Virus record (IMG/VR): IMGVR_UViG_3300030117_007041
Coordinates: 1 to 45,953 of that record
Reading direction: 5' to 3' (one strand)
Origin: a virus
Taxonomy: Duplodnaviria; Caudoviricetes
Length of the DNA: 45,953 nucleotides
Shown: piece by piece, positions 9,501 to 18,830 of the stretch
Position numbering within the stretch: position 1 is the stretch's first letter
Layout of the letters: each line of letters opens with the position of its first letter
Translations under genes and position numbers: made by a program
The notes under the pieces: model-generated
Databases searched by the model: none
Told to the model about the DNA's origin: nothing
The model's input: the letters and a program-made list of their open reading frames with translations, nothing else

Positions 9501-11968
9501 GCATCTACAATAGATTCTCTACTATTATTTTTTGAATCATAAACACCTCTTTCCTTTGCTAGCTCAACCAAAGCATCGTATCTATACGATGATTTATCGT
9601 TTTTTAAATTATCAATAGATTTGTCATACCTATAGCTAGCAGATGGCTCATTAACCCCGTCTAAAAGAGCTTCGATTTTTCTTTTAGATTCTTTTCTGTC
9701 AATTTTTGGCTTTTCTTTTTTGCTTATTTTATCTTTTTTAGCTTTGGTTTCAGGCTTAAGTGTTACTTTTTCAACAAGTTTACCATCCTTGTTTATATAA
9801 AAAACTGGGTCAAGTCCTTTAGCCCCCATATGTCTTTTATGAATTGTTTTTTTAAGACCTTTATTTGGACCATCTAAAACTTCAACAGCAAAAGACTTTG
9901 ATGTTTCTTTTATAATTTTAACGCTAGCTCCTCCATCAGATTTAACAACTTTACCCTCTAAACCTGCAACGTCATACATAGCTTGACTAAAAAAATCTCT
10001 TTCAGCAATAGTACCATCTGGCTTTCTAGGAAGTTCAGGTTCTACAGAAACATCCTTTTTTAAAGGTTTTTCTACTTTAGCTGGAGGTTCAGGTGGAACG
10101 TCTCTGTCTAGGTTTAATTCGCTTTCTAATAATGCTTGTTCTACTTCTTTTGGCGCTGGTTCTTCTTTTGGAGTAGGTTCTTTTTTACTTTTTTCAACCT
10201 TATCTAACGCTATTTCTTCCTTTAATTGTTTTATATTTTCAAACAATTCCATTTGATGAGATTTGCCAACTTTTACTTTTGGAGCAGGGACCTCTGATGT
10301 AATTAACGGCTCTGGTTTAAAGTCTTTAAATCCTTCATACATATTTAATGATAATTTTAAAAAATCAGGATTTGCTGCTGATGTTTCTAATGATTTTAAA
10401 ATCATTTTATTTTTTGAGGATTTAGAAATATTTGGCATAAAAGCGTCTAAATATTCTCTCATTCCTTCTACTCTAGTTCCACTTGATGTTCTGTGAAACG
10501 TCATTAACATTAACCCACTTGCAATAGATTGAACTTGAGCTATTTGCATTGCTTGTTGTTTTTCTTTTTCGCTTAAAAATTTATAATTTGGGTCATCTTC
10601 TGGACTCGGAGTAAGGCTATATCCTATTGCCCCTACAGTTGGGTAAGACGCAAGTCTCGCTAGTTTTCCAAATTCTTTCATAGCTCCCGCCGTACTAAAC
10701 ATTGCGGCGTGCCAAGTAGATTCAGGAATAGCCTCTATTCTTTCTATAATACTAGACTCAACTAAGTCTGAGCCTAATTGAGTATGTATATTAAATCCAT
10801 AAATATTTGCAAGTGTTCCTTCTGCTATTCTTTTAACCTTTGGAGATTGTTTAGCGGTCTGCTCAATTACCTTAGAAAGTGATTTAATTTTTTTTATTGA
10901 ACTTGTCGTAGCAACTACGCCAACCTGACCAACTTTCATAGACTGACTAAAAGGAATTAACATCCCAATAAAGTTTCCAGCAACATCTGCTATTGCTTCA
11001 GAATTATCTTTTGGGGCTGGCGAAGGTCTTGTTGTTGTATAGCCCATAGTAGCAGATTGCTCGAAAGCGTTATACATTCTTCCTAAAAATTTATCTTCAG
11101 GCGCAACAGGCTCTGTATAATATTCTGGGACTTGTATTCCTAGCTCTCTTCTTATAGCAGGAGCATTGAATATTGGGCTTCTTATTAACCCCTCAGCCAT
11201 TTGCTTTGGATTTTCATACATAGACAATAGAGGATTATTTAAAATTAATTCAGGTTTAGTTTCTAGCACCCCATATATTTGCTGTTCAACACTTGAAAGA
11301 GCTTGTTGATATGGAACTGGCTGCATATCTTGTTCTGGTAAAGACATTTTGCTTTCTACGTTTTTTGCTATTTCAGATTCTAATAACTCTTCAGGGTTTG
11401 CGTTTGCTAAGCTAGCACCTAGACCAAGTCCAAACGAACTTGAATTAACAATATCATCGGATGTGGGATGCACTTTGTTTCCAGCGGTGTCTTCTGTTGC
11501 TGGTTGCATCCATTCTTGGGGTACATTTTCCTTCCAACTACCTTCTGCGTGAGCAATGGCTTCTTCTTCAGAGCTAAATTCAAATACCTCACCTCTTTTT
11601 TTAGCTTCTTCAAAAGCAGCATCACCCTCTAACTCTATCCAGTCGCTAGGGTCGCTACTTGGGTTTGTAGGGTCTTTAGGAAATAAAGTTGGAAAAGCAA
11701 AGTTATCCGCTTGAGCCATGATTACGGTTGACTCTGAACCATCTGGATTTTGCCTAGCAACAGGTCTAATTTGTTTAGTTATACTCGCATGGTCAGTTTT
11801 TATTGTCGGTAAATCCTGTATGTTTTCCTGAGTTTCTTCTGGAAATAAATCTGCCGCTGTATACTGAGTAAAACCAGATTTTTGACTACTTACTGGCTCT
11901 ATTACAATATTATCTTTTTCTTCTTCTGGAAATAAATCTGCCGCTGTATACTGAGTGGTTGTAGACAT
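6518..11968 (-). CDS. Large internal virion (DNA ejection) protein
   Basis: 1816 aa, mostly helical/low complexity; last and largest gene of the post-nozzle cluster, as is typical of podoviruses; C-terminal region with NPPTVLRNVLSN...DYS...PFITY. Confidence 0.65.
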   Translation of the reverse strand: MSTTTQYTAADLFPEEEKDNIVIEPVSSQKSGFTQYTAADLFPEETQENIQDLPTIKTDHASITKQIRPVARQNPDGSESTVIMAQADNFAFPTLFPKDPTNPSSDPSDWIELEGDAAFEEAKKRGEVFEFSSEEEAIAHAEGSWKENVPQEWMQPATEDTAGNKVHPTSDDIVNSSSFGLGLGASLANANPEELLESEIAKNVESKMSLPEQDMQPVPYQQALSSVEQQIYGVLETKPELILNNPLLSMYENPKQMAEGLIRSPIFNAPAIRRELGIQVPEYYTEPVAPEDKFLGRMYNAFEQSATMGYTTTRPSPAPKDNSEAIADVAGNFIGMLIPFSQSMKVGQVGVVATTSSIKKIKSLSKVIEQTAKQSPKVKRIAEGTLANIYGFNIHTQLGSDLVESSIIERIEAIPESTWHAAMFSTAGAMKEFGKLARLASYPTVGAIGYSLTPSPEDDPNYKFLSEKEKQQAMQIAQVQSIASGLMLMTFHRTSSGTRVEGMREYLDAFMPNISKSSKNKMILKSLETSAANPDFLKLSLNMYEGFKDFKPEPLITSEVPAPKVKVGKSHQMELFENIKQLKEEIALDKVEKSKKEPTPKEEPAPKEVEQALLESELNLDRDVPPEPPAKVEKPLKKDVSVEPELPRKPDGTIAERDFFSQAMYDVAGLEGKVVKSDGGASVKIIKETSKSFAVEVLDGPNKGLKKTIHKRHMGAKGLDPVFYINKDGKLVEKVTLKPETKAKKDKISKKEKPKIDRKESKRKIEALLDGVNEPSASYRYDKSIDNLKNDKSSYRYDALVELAKERGVYDSKNNSRESIVDALIDSYKNPEIKSQKPPKVIDGLKIAYDNQGKMKMDIYSYDEVVRVAKKVGVYDKKLSRLKLIDAIVRADADGKVVKDPLPIEKEAEYSLLKENIENMRNQIKKDLKEGQTSKSQSVQRKRASIRKAKELVDALENKYDLTGLDKTKVDIFPGISIIVDYFRAKKQYKDARKPLTDEEVDALYSFMSGKEMTDEKLAIAYTAMKEKPMTKSMGADGLKNVIQEIRKVFNPLADIPKEQRDAYLGYRYQFLGTQWNLTKRLEELVSGYKNYTENERVLSYLVLTGEADINSIKDPKLRRITKKTRRLFDVAGKGLVERGLLSEEAYNDLKGQYITRIYLRYMLDKGPQLGGRSKMSGVYNNVRKEMTPEMRARLGEIRTPELPITVGLTREFGDIAKYDFFKSLAEDGRFVFQPARAEVDGKMLSIGQMQHELTVYRQMLPRAEDSQKAYITEYIKKLESKLLEVSETMGQAPENFKQVPIHEGYGPLSGAYVNRAIHDDIVSMFQITEGSEYRNWYDNLVKAEKNVTAMWKTGKVAFNPPTVLRNVLSNPWQLSMSGMSYSDIPTTMFNAAYKMSTNHPDFINAGKSGVFGGTWSQAEIQSILKTMRAVEKEFETTNNINLAIKNGFGKVAGAYSKIDEFYKFVKYLDGKNKGLSDSEATIEAQKWVMDYSLVSPAVRGLREHFIGVPFITYQAKILPLATEAATKRPWTVLMPYLLTQMATNHSLNKLDINEEEFGEMQVAMGTEMANSKALLVLPFKDSKGRVQVTNMEYGLPWEFWVEFGENAINGDITQLRNNMGVAPIFTAMAAAYTGTIPTQDGGYIELWNSQSTPAEKSEALMTFLWDMSLPSTFGPRGPIANLIEGTTQVGKPETTLGQDLSRFSAYTIKPITDEGYQRAVKIANAKLSALGKEYALKEKKLIKKSKMTGEVFVETEEYKELMRDKQIKITEIYKKHYGPLVIGRWKDGSIKTVESVMDSTQEELIEIFKKIEVKQ
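11834..11956. repeat. Exact 36-bp direct repeat (11834-11869 and 11921-11956)
   Basis: TTCTTCTGGAAATAAATCTGCCGCTGTATACTGAGT occurs twice; encodes TQYTAADLFPEE twice. Confidence 0.95.
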
Positions 11969-11975
11969 AATGCTA

Positions 11976-12923
11976 TTATTTTAAATTTTTAAAATTTTCC
12001 ATCATAGTTGAGAAAGCCGATTCGTTACCAAATGCTGTTTCATGCAAGATAAACATGGGCTTTTTTCCTGTTGATATACTCTTATCAAGTTGTTCTTGAA
12101 CTCGCTGCCTAATTTCATCGTCAGTTTTTTTTGCTAATTCTGGCATAGCATCTTTCATAGCTTTCACTGAAGTAAATACATCAGTGTCTCCTTCAAAATT
12201 ATTTCGTATCCATTGCGCTTCTTTGTTTAGCATTTCTGGGTATTTTGCCCAGCTTACACCTTGTGCAAAATTTGTTTGGTCAGAAAATTCATTATATATT
12301 GGTCTCAATTCTTTATTTATAAAGTTCTTTAAAGCTGTTCTTGTTTTTTTCTCTGTTTTTTCGTCTCTATCATCTTTTTGTAAAGTAAAATTAGCCCATT
12401 CAGTATTTAAAACGGGTTTATTTGTATCAAGCCAAGTCCATTTGCCATTTCTCATATCAAACTCTCTACTTGTACCATCAGAAAAAAATGCTGTTTTTAA
12501 ATTTTTAGGGTCTTTTGCAGCTGCGGTAGAGGGGGCTTTTTTTGTAAGGTTAGCAAATATAGCAGGGTCTACTGGGTCTCCTGTATCCGCGTGAAAATAC
12601 TGTCCACCTTTCTTTTGAAATAAAACAGATTGACCTGCTTGATTTTCATCGCTTCCGGGTTTATAAAAGAATTCTTCAGTAGTAAGCCCTTGACCACTTG
12701 TTTTTGGCGGTTTTTTAACATCTGGAAAAACTCTTTGACCAAAATCACCTTTGTTTTTATCAGCATAATATAAATACCCGTCTGCCGCTTGACGAATCAT
12801 TGGCTTGTCGGCTTTTACTTCTGCATCATAATATTTTTCACGCTCTTGAGCCTTATGTGTTAAATATGTGCTTAATAAATCAGTTAAAACATTTGCATTA
12901 AATACTTTTTCTCTATACGCCAT
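11976..12923 (-). CDS. Putative internal virion/ejection protein
   Basis: 315 aa; position in the ejection cluster; AAGGA RBS. Confidence 0.5.
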   Translation of the reverse strand: MAYREKVFNANVLTDLLSTYLTHKAQEREKYYDAEVKADKPMIRQAADGYLYYADKNKGDFGQRVFPDVKKPPKTSGQGLTTEEFFYKPGSDENQAGQSVLFQKKGGQYFHADTGDPVDPAIFANLTKKAPSTAAAKDPKNLKTAFFSDGTSREFDMRNGKWTWLDTNKPVLNTEWANFTLQKDDRDEKTEKKTRTALKNFINKELRPIYNEFSDQTNFAQGVSWAKYPEMLNKEAQWIRNNFEGDTDVFTSVKAMKDAMPELAKKTDDEIRQRVQEQLDKSISTGKKPMFILHETAFGNESAFSTMMENFKNLK

Positions 12924-12932
12924 AATAATCCT

Positions 12933-13523
12933 TTATGTATATTGGGTTAACGCTTCTTCTAACTGGAATAATTGGTCTTTAAGGTCTTGCATTGCCCTTG
13001 TTTCTTCCATTCCTAATTGTAATTCAGCTCTATCAAACCCTAGTCTTTTTTGTCTATACCCTAAATTTGCATCTGCTACATCTAGCCCCATAGACCTATC
13101 TTTTAGTCTTTGAGCTTCTTCTCCACTTTCTATTTGGCGCCTTCTTGACATCAGCTTAAACTGCTCTGCCGGGTCAGTAAGTGTAGCTAAATCCCTTTTA
13201 GAAACCATTGCGTCTGATTCAGCCCCAATATTATAAGAATCCATAAGAAAGTTTTCAAGACTTGATAAATAACCTGCTTCACTTGCATCTTTTGCAGTTC
13301 TTGTTTTTTCAAGATTAACGTCTACTCCCTGCTCAAATAATTCTCTTTCTGCCCCAGAGAGGTCCCTAAGACCGCTAAAATAATCTTGAATTCCTTGTTC
13401 TCTTCCTCGAACATCTTGCATTTGCCTATATATTCTTGAGCGATTTTCTCGAGCTTGGTCTGCTCCTTCTGTAGAGCCAAATACTCCCCAGTCTCCTGCC
13501 ATTGGATGCCATTTACTTGCCAT
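12933..13523 (-). CDS. Putative internal virion/ejection protein (coiled coil)
   Basis: 196 aa, helical and charged; AGGAG RBS; cluster position. Confidence 0.5.
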   Translation of the reverse strand: MASKWHPMAGDWGVFGSTEGADQARENRSRIYRQMQDVRGREQGIQDYFSGLRDLSGAERELFEQGVDVNLEKTRTAKDASEAGYLSSLENFLMDSYNIGAESDAMVSKRDLATLTDPAEQFKLMSRRRQIESGEEAQRLKDRSMGLDVADANLGYRQKRLGFDRAELQLGMEETRAMQDLKDQLFQLEEALTQYT

Positions 13524-13526
13524 AAT

Positions 13527-14375
13527 TTATCTCCTTCTTCCAAGCATGCTTAATCCTCCAAGCCCTAACCCTACTAATGGATTAACGGCTCCTATAACCC
13601 CCAAAGACGACAAGGTACCTAAACCACCAGCGGCGGTTCTTGCAACAGTCGATAAATCACCCCTACCTTTTTTTATATCTCTTAATCCAGTCCCTAAACC
13701 ATATAAACTACCTGCAAGCCCCAGTGCTTTCATCGCACTTCCGCCTGCGCTTGGTGCTTGACTTGTTGTTCCAATTCTTTCTTTAGCAGCTTGCATTGCC
13801 GCATCAAGCTGTTCTTGAGTTGCGCCTTTTTCAAGGCTGATTACGTCAATTCCTTTAGGCGCCCTTCCAACGGCAACCCCACTTTCTTGTTTGGCTAATG
13901 ATGGGTCTATGGGAGTTCCCTTAGGTATTTCTTTTTTAACATATTCTTTTTTTATGGGAGTTCCCTTAGGTATTGAATCATCCGTTTTTGATTTAAAACT
14001 AGGTACTTTTATTCCTTTTAATCCAAATGTTTCTGCTAATCCAATTTTTTCTGCTTTTCCACTTGCTATCATATCTGATGCGTCTTTCATGTATTTTGCG
14101 CCTGTTCTTGGGTCAGCTAAAAAATCTGACACTGTTAAATCAGGGTTGGCTCTTTTTGCCAACAAAAAATCTCTTCTAAGTTTATAAGTGTTTAACCCAG
14201 CCTTGCCAAGTGATTCCCAATTTTTTGCTGTAGCAGCGTCTTCTTGCTCAGCCATAGTTTGGCGATTTCTCAACGCTTGCAATAACATGTTTGTATTAAC
14301 TCCACCAGCACCTATGCTAGTTTTATAGTCTGATAAAATGTCTTGTATTGATGGGGTTGTTGTTTCTGTTGCCAT
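13527..14375 (-). CDS. Putative ejection/pilot protein with Gly-rich hydrophobic C-terminus
   Basis: 282 aa; C-terminal GGLGTLSSLGVIGAVNPLVGLGLGGLSMLG is like membrane-inserting segments of ejection proteins. Confidence 0.55.
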   Translation of the reverse strand: MATETTTPSIQDILSDYKTSIGAGGVNTNMLLQALRNRQTMAEQEDAATAKNWESLGKAGLNTYKLRRDFLLAKRANPDLTVSDFLADPRTGAKYMKDASDMIASGKAEKIGLAETFGLKGIKVPSFKSKTDDSIPKGTPIKKEYVKKEIPKGTPIDPSLAKQESGVAVGRAPKGIDVISLEKGATQEQLDAAMQAAKERIGTTSQAPSAGGSAMKALGLAGSLYGLGTGLRDIKKGRGDLSTVARTAAGGLGTLSSLGVIGAVNPLVGLGLGGLSMLGRRR

Positions 14376-14386
14376 TTTAATATCTC

Positions 14387-15145
14387 CTAAATCTGTGAAA
14401 AATATGCTGTTGCTTTAGACGGCTTTGTTCCTGCATTATTGCTTGGAAATCCGGTTTGTCTTATTGTTACAAGATATAAAGATGAAATATCCATTGTGGT
14501 ATTTAATGTTACATCGACATACCTAATTGATTGTCCAGAGGGTGTACTTGCAGTAAAAGTTGTTGTTGAATCAGTAGTTATACTTCCAGAATTTTGTGTA
14601 TAATGTTTAACTATTAACTCAAATACATAAGCTGATTCACTTGCATCTGCAACTGTTATCGCAAAATTTATATTTTTTAAAATACAATTTCTTGGGACAA
14701 GAAAAGATTTATCTGTAACGGTTGCAGAACCACCAGAAGTTGCTGAATTAGTATTAAAAGTTAAATAATTAATTATTGTATCATCAGTGTGGGCATAGTT
14801 TATTTCAAAATTACACCCCACTGCCCAAGAACCAGTAAGTGTGTTTACCATATCGGTAATATCTGTTCTAAATTTATCTAAATAAAAATTTAATTGAGAA
14901 ACAAATGAACCGTCTATTGTTTTTGATTGAGATATTTGTTCTCCTTGTGTAAAAAAATCAAACTTTGATGTAATTGGTATCCAAGCATTGTCTTTTTTAA
15001 CATATTGAACTGTTCCTATTCCAGAAAGGTCTACATAAGCTACATCGCCATCTGCGCCCTCTCTATTATCGGGTACTCCTTTTGTAAATATTGGAGCGCT
15101 TGATTTTTTTGCGCTAAGAGTTCTTTCGTGTCTATTAAAAGCCAT
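14387..15145 (-). CDS. Tail-associated protein (needle/short fibre-like)
   Basis: 252 aa; N-terminal GVPDNREGADGD...YVK...W motif, short helix, then beta-sandwich C-terminus; coupled to the nozzle gene. Confidence 0.5.
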   Translation of the reverse strand: MAFNRHERTLSAKKSSAPIFTKGVPDNREGADGDVAYVDLSGIGTVQYVKKDNAWIPITSKFDFFTQGEQISQSKTIDGSFVSQLNFYLDKFRTDITDMVNTLTGSWAVGCNFEINYAHTDDTIINYLTFNTNSATSGGSATVTDKSFLVPRNCILKNINFAITVADASESAYVFELIVKHYTQNSGSITTDSTTTFTASTPSGQSIRYVDVTLNTTMDISSLYLVTIRQTGFPSNNAGTKPSKATAYFSQI

Positions 15146-18100
15146 TATTTTACACTTTTCATTCTATATACTATAGTAATATCATTTATTTCAAAACCAG
15201 AAGGAACAAGACCAACTATAAACTTTGTAGTGCCATCTGCTAAGGGACTAAAGCCGGGAGTGAATGTCGCTACTTTTGTTGAGCCATTATAATCTGTAAT
15301 TCTTGCCGTTTGATTTAAACCAGCGCCACTCCATGTTTGTATTCTCATATTATTATAATAATCATCAATAGCAGATGCGCCACTATCCAAGGTTACATTA
15401 GTTGAATTTAGACTTGATTGAAGTGTATTTGAGCGAATATTTGTATTAATAGCAAGCTTTAACGCAAAAGACTTAATATTATTAGACTGAGAACTTGTAG
15501 TTGGTTTTAATTCAGCTACCGCCCAATCCGTAGAAGGGTCTAATGAAAAAAATGAACCTGTTTGACCGCTAAAATATTCAGAATAGTTTGTTCCAGCCGC
15601 AAATGTTTTATCATAAGCAGTGCCACCATTTGTGTCAAAAGAGCATGAAACATTAGGTAAATTGCTAGCGCCAGTTCTATATGTTATATAAACTTTATAT
15701 ACTTTTTTTCTTATTGACGGGTCTCCAAAATCAATATCTTTTGTAGTGTATGTAAAGTCATGAGTAGGGGAAGAAACGTGTGTATATTTAGATATTTGCG
15801 ATTTAGTTCCGCCAATTAAAAACATTTCATTGCTTCCATTAACGCCAAACTTAGTTACTTGCCTACCATCAAAATCATGGTAATCCATTAAATTATCACC
15901 AATATGCCAAGAACCTAGTTTTAAATTGTAAACATATATATCTGCAAATTTATTCATAAATACTATTTGATGTTTTTTAGGAGCATACCCAACAGAAGCT
16001 AGCGCAATATTGTCACTTGCATCTATAAAGTCAAACCATGCATCCTCGCTTATAACTACTTGCCCATTTCTTTCTAATAGGTCTATTACGTTATTTCCGT
16101 CATATAAATACGCACCATACTCATTAAAGAACGCTATTCCTTTGTCGGTTTTTGTGCTATGAAATTCATGAGATATACCTTTAAATGGGTGAATATGTTC
16201 TAAAAACTCAGAATTTTGAGCTACGTTTATAATATATAATGTTTTTTCTTTAAATTGCAGTATTCTATCAGCAAACGCTTCTAATTTGACTATACTTTCT
16301 CCGTCCCTAACTGCGACATCAACAATACTGTCTTTATTTGGAAATGTGTCAAAGCGATTGACCATACTTTTTAACATTCTATCTGGATAATTAACATTGT
16401 CTTGCTGAACATTTCCAATATAAGCCCTTCTTCCTTGAACCACTCCAGTTTTCCATCTAGCTTCTAAAGTATCAACCTTTTGAAAAAAACCATTTAAACT
16501 TTTCCAGCTATCAACAACATTTGCTGACTCAGGAGTAATATTTAAAACTACTACTGCTTCATCTAAATTAGATGTTGTATCAGTAACATCAGTAAAAGAA
16601 TAATCATAAGTTTCGGCTTCAGGAAAAAATTTAAACCCCTTATCTATAAAATTAGTTTCGCCAATAAGATAATAATTGTCATCATCAGTTTTTTTGTAAT
16701 ATATCCTAGAGCCAATAATTCTTTTGTTTAGCCCATATGTACCGCTTGGCTTTGGATTCATATAAATATCAAAATTAAATAATAATGGAGCGCCTACTAT
16801 TGTAACTTGATTTAATTCTTTAGCATAACTATCGCTTGCATCAGTGTCTTGCATTGTAAACAGCATAGATTCTTGTTTTGTATCATCGTACAGCCAAGTA
16901 TAGGCAAAGCTATAAGTACCCTCAGTATATCCAACGCTTCCAACATTGTCTACTACAACTGGTCCGCTAATATAAAATTTTGGAACATCTGTATTTGCAT
17001 TCCCATTTGTGGCGTTTATTTGCGTAACTGTAATACTAAAATGAACATGGCTATTTCCATATATAGGTGGGGTGCCAGTTTCTGAGGTGTGCCTACCTTG
17101 CTCGCATACAAGAATATTCCACCCAACGGCTATTTTTGATGACGGAACCTGCCATTCTCTATAATTACTTGAATCTGTTCCGAGTTGAACAGTTATGAAA
17201 TCAAGCCTGTCTAATTCTTCTTGCCAAAAATATACGCCTACCGCTACAGATTTTTTATCATTTATAGTATAACTAAGGTTTGATACTGAACCGTCATCTT
17301 TTACTTCATTTGATGCTCCATTATATGCATTAAAGCCTTCCTTTCCACCCATCATAATGTTATTATCCAAAAATAAAGGATAAACATCTTCAGCATTTGC
17401 GTATGTGTCGCTACTGCCTCCAGTATAATTTTTATAGTCCGTCATGTAATTAGCAGCTTCATTTGGAACTTTTGCAGTATCTGACGTTGCATTAATTGCA
17501 GTTCCATCTGTTTTTACAGAGGAAACACTAGCAACACCAACTCTTAAATTAACAGCATTTGTGTCTAACAGCGCACTTCCGATTGCCCCTCTGTATTCAC
17601 CTCTTGCAGAATTTGGTCCAGTAGTATCATCTGCTTTATACGGAGTGCTAATTAAACAGTTTCCAGCAGCGGGAGTTGCGGGATAAGCGTTTGTATCTAT
17701 CCAGTCATCTATAGCTTGCGATGAACCTAAAGATGCAAATACAGTCCTATTTATATACCCATACCACCGACCTAATCCGCCTAAATTAACATCGTTAATT
17801 CTTAGCACTCCATCAGCAGAATAATATACAGGCTTAGCGCTAGAAGGTGTTGTTATTTCGCTAGCGTGCCATCCGTCACTGTCATAAACATCTATATTTG
17901 TACCAAAATCATAATGGAAAATAAGCGTTTCGTCAGCAGCGCTGTTGTCAATTTGCCTGTCGCTACCCATCACAAACAAACCATGTTTATGAGTTATTGT
18001 AGAAGTAGAATTATTACTTGCGTCCCCTTTATCGAATGCGCCTATTGTTCTTAATTTTCCAAGGTTATCTATAGAAGCAGAAACATTAGGGGATTCACCT

Positions 18101-18177
18101 TTTTGGATGTCTCTTGGGTCTGAGTTAGAGTTTAGACCCCCATGAAACTCGTTAATTACATAGGTTTGTTTTGCCAT
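15145..18177 (-). CDS. Tail nozzle / DNA-stabilization protein (P22 gp10-like)
   Basis: 1010 aa; starts INEFHGGLN...DPRDI; beta-propeller-like; ends TKDIDFGDPSIRKKVYKVYITY...FEINDITIVYR. Confidence 0.7.
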   Translation of the reverse strand: MAKQTYVINEFHGGLNSNSDPRDIQKGESPNVSASIDNLGKLRTIGAFDKGDASNNSTSTITHKHGLFVMGSDRQIDNSAADETLIFHYDFGTNIDVYDSDGWHASEITTPSSAKPVYYSADGVLRINDVNLGGLGRWYGYINRTVFASLGSSQAIDDWIDTNAYPATPAAGNCLISTPYKADDTTGPNSARGEYRGAIGSALLDTNAVNLRVGVASVSSVKTDGTAINATSDTAKVPNEAANYMTDYKNYTGGSSDTYANAEDVYPLFLDNNIMMGGKEGFNAYNGASNEVKDDGSVSNLSYTINDKKSVAVGVYFWQEELDRLDFITVQLGTDSSNYREWQVPSSKIAVGWNILVCEQGRHTSETGTPPIYGNSHVHFSITVTQINATNGNANTDVPKFYISGPVVVDNVGSVGYTEGTYSFAYTWLYDDTKQESMLFTMQDTDASDSYAKELNQVTIVGAPLLFNFDIYMNPKPSGTYGLNKRIIGSRIYYKKTDDDNYYLIGETNFIDKGFKFFPEAETYDYSFTDVTDTTSNLDEAVVVLNITPESANVVDSWKSLNGFFQKVDTLEARWKTGVVQGRRAYIGNVQQDNVNYPDRMLKSMVNRFDTFPNKDSIVDVAVRDGESIVKLEAFADRILQFKEKTLYIINVAQNSEFLEHIHPFKGISHEFHSTKTDKGIAFFNEYGAYLYDGNNVIDLLERNGQVVISEDAWFDFIDASDNIALASVGYAPKKHQIVFMNKFADIYVYNLKLGSWHIGDNLMDYHDFDGRQVTKFGVNGSNEMFLIGGTKSQISKYTHVSSPTHDFTYTTKDIDFGDPSIRKKVYKVYITYRTGASNLPNVSCSFDTNGGTAYDKTFAAGTNYSEYFSGQTGSFFSLDPSTDWAVAELKPTTSSQSNNIKSFALKLAINTNIRSNTLQSSLNSTNVTLDSGASAIDDYYNNMRIQTWSGAGLNQTARITDYNGSTKVATFTPGFSPLADGTTKFIVGLVPSGFEINDITIVYRMKSVK

Positions 18178-18830
18178 TATTCACCACGAGACACAAACGG
18201 CGCTAACGCAGAATTGTACTCTGCTAGCAATTCCTGATATTGAGCGCGATGTAAAGATACTAGCTCTGGGTCTTCATCCTCGTTATAAAACGTAATTGTT
18301 CTTAATTTTAACTTTGCGCTAGCACCAAGAACTAGCGCATGTTCTAGCTCATCTGGAAACTTAGTAACAGAACTAGCATTATGTTCTATGGTTGGGTTAT
18401 CCATAGAATAATACCTTGTTGGATTTCCAGCGGCTGGTTCTGGGTAGACATAAATATCATTATCATTAAATGTCCACCTAGGTGATTCGTCTGTTGCAAA
18501 ATATATACTATGCGGATTTTGCAATTTCCCCTGCAATGTAGTATCTGCAAAAACACAAGAAACATATAAGCTTGTCGTATCGTCATCTTCTCTTCTTTCA
18601 ACTAACAATATTCTTGAACTTTCAACATTACTTGCGATTGGATTTGAGGTCACATTAGAAGATTTTGTTGCAAATTGAATTAATATATCAGGTCTTACTT
18701 TATTTATAATGTCGCTTGCAGTGTCTTGAAGCGCATCTTGTATAGCCTGTTCATTTGCGGCAGTATCATCTGAACCTAAAGTTGATGTTGCTCCAATTAT
18801 ATCTTCTATTCTTACCTGAAAAGTAGCCAT
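18177..18830 (-). CDS. Head-tail adaptor-like protein
   Basis: 217 aa; IYVYPEP...FPDELEHALVLGAS motif of podovirus adaptors. Confidence 0.6.
   Translation of the reverse strand: MATFQVRIEDIIGATSTLGSDDTAANEQAIQDALQDTASDIINKVRPDILIQFATKSSNVTSNPIASNVESSRILLVERREDDDTTSLYVSCVFADTTLQGKLQNPHSIYFATDESPRWTFNDNDIYVYPEPAAGNPTRYYSMDNPTIEHNASSVTKFPDELEHALVLGASAKLKLRTITFYNEDEDPELVSLHRAQYQELLAEYNSALAPFVSRGE

Noticed and set aside
6518-11968. Virion RNA polymerase (N4- or crAss-like) reading of the 1816-aa protein
   Set aside because: No DxDGD or T7-like polymerase motifs recognised by eye; a structure search would be needed to exclude it fully.
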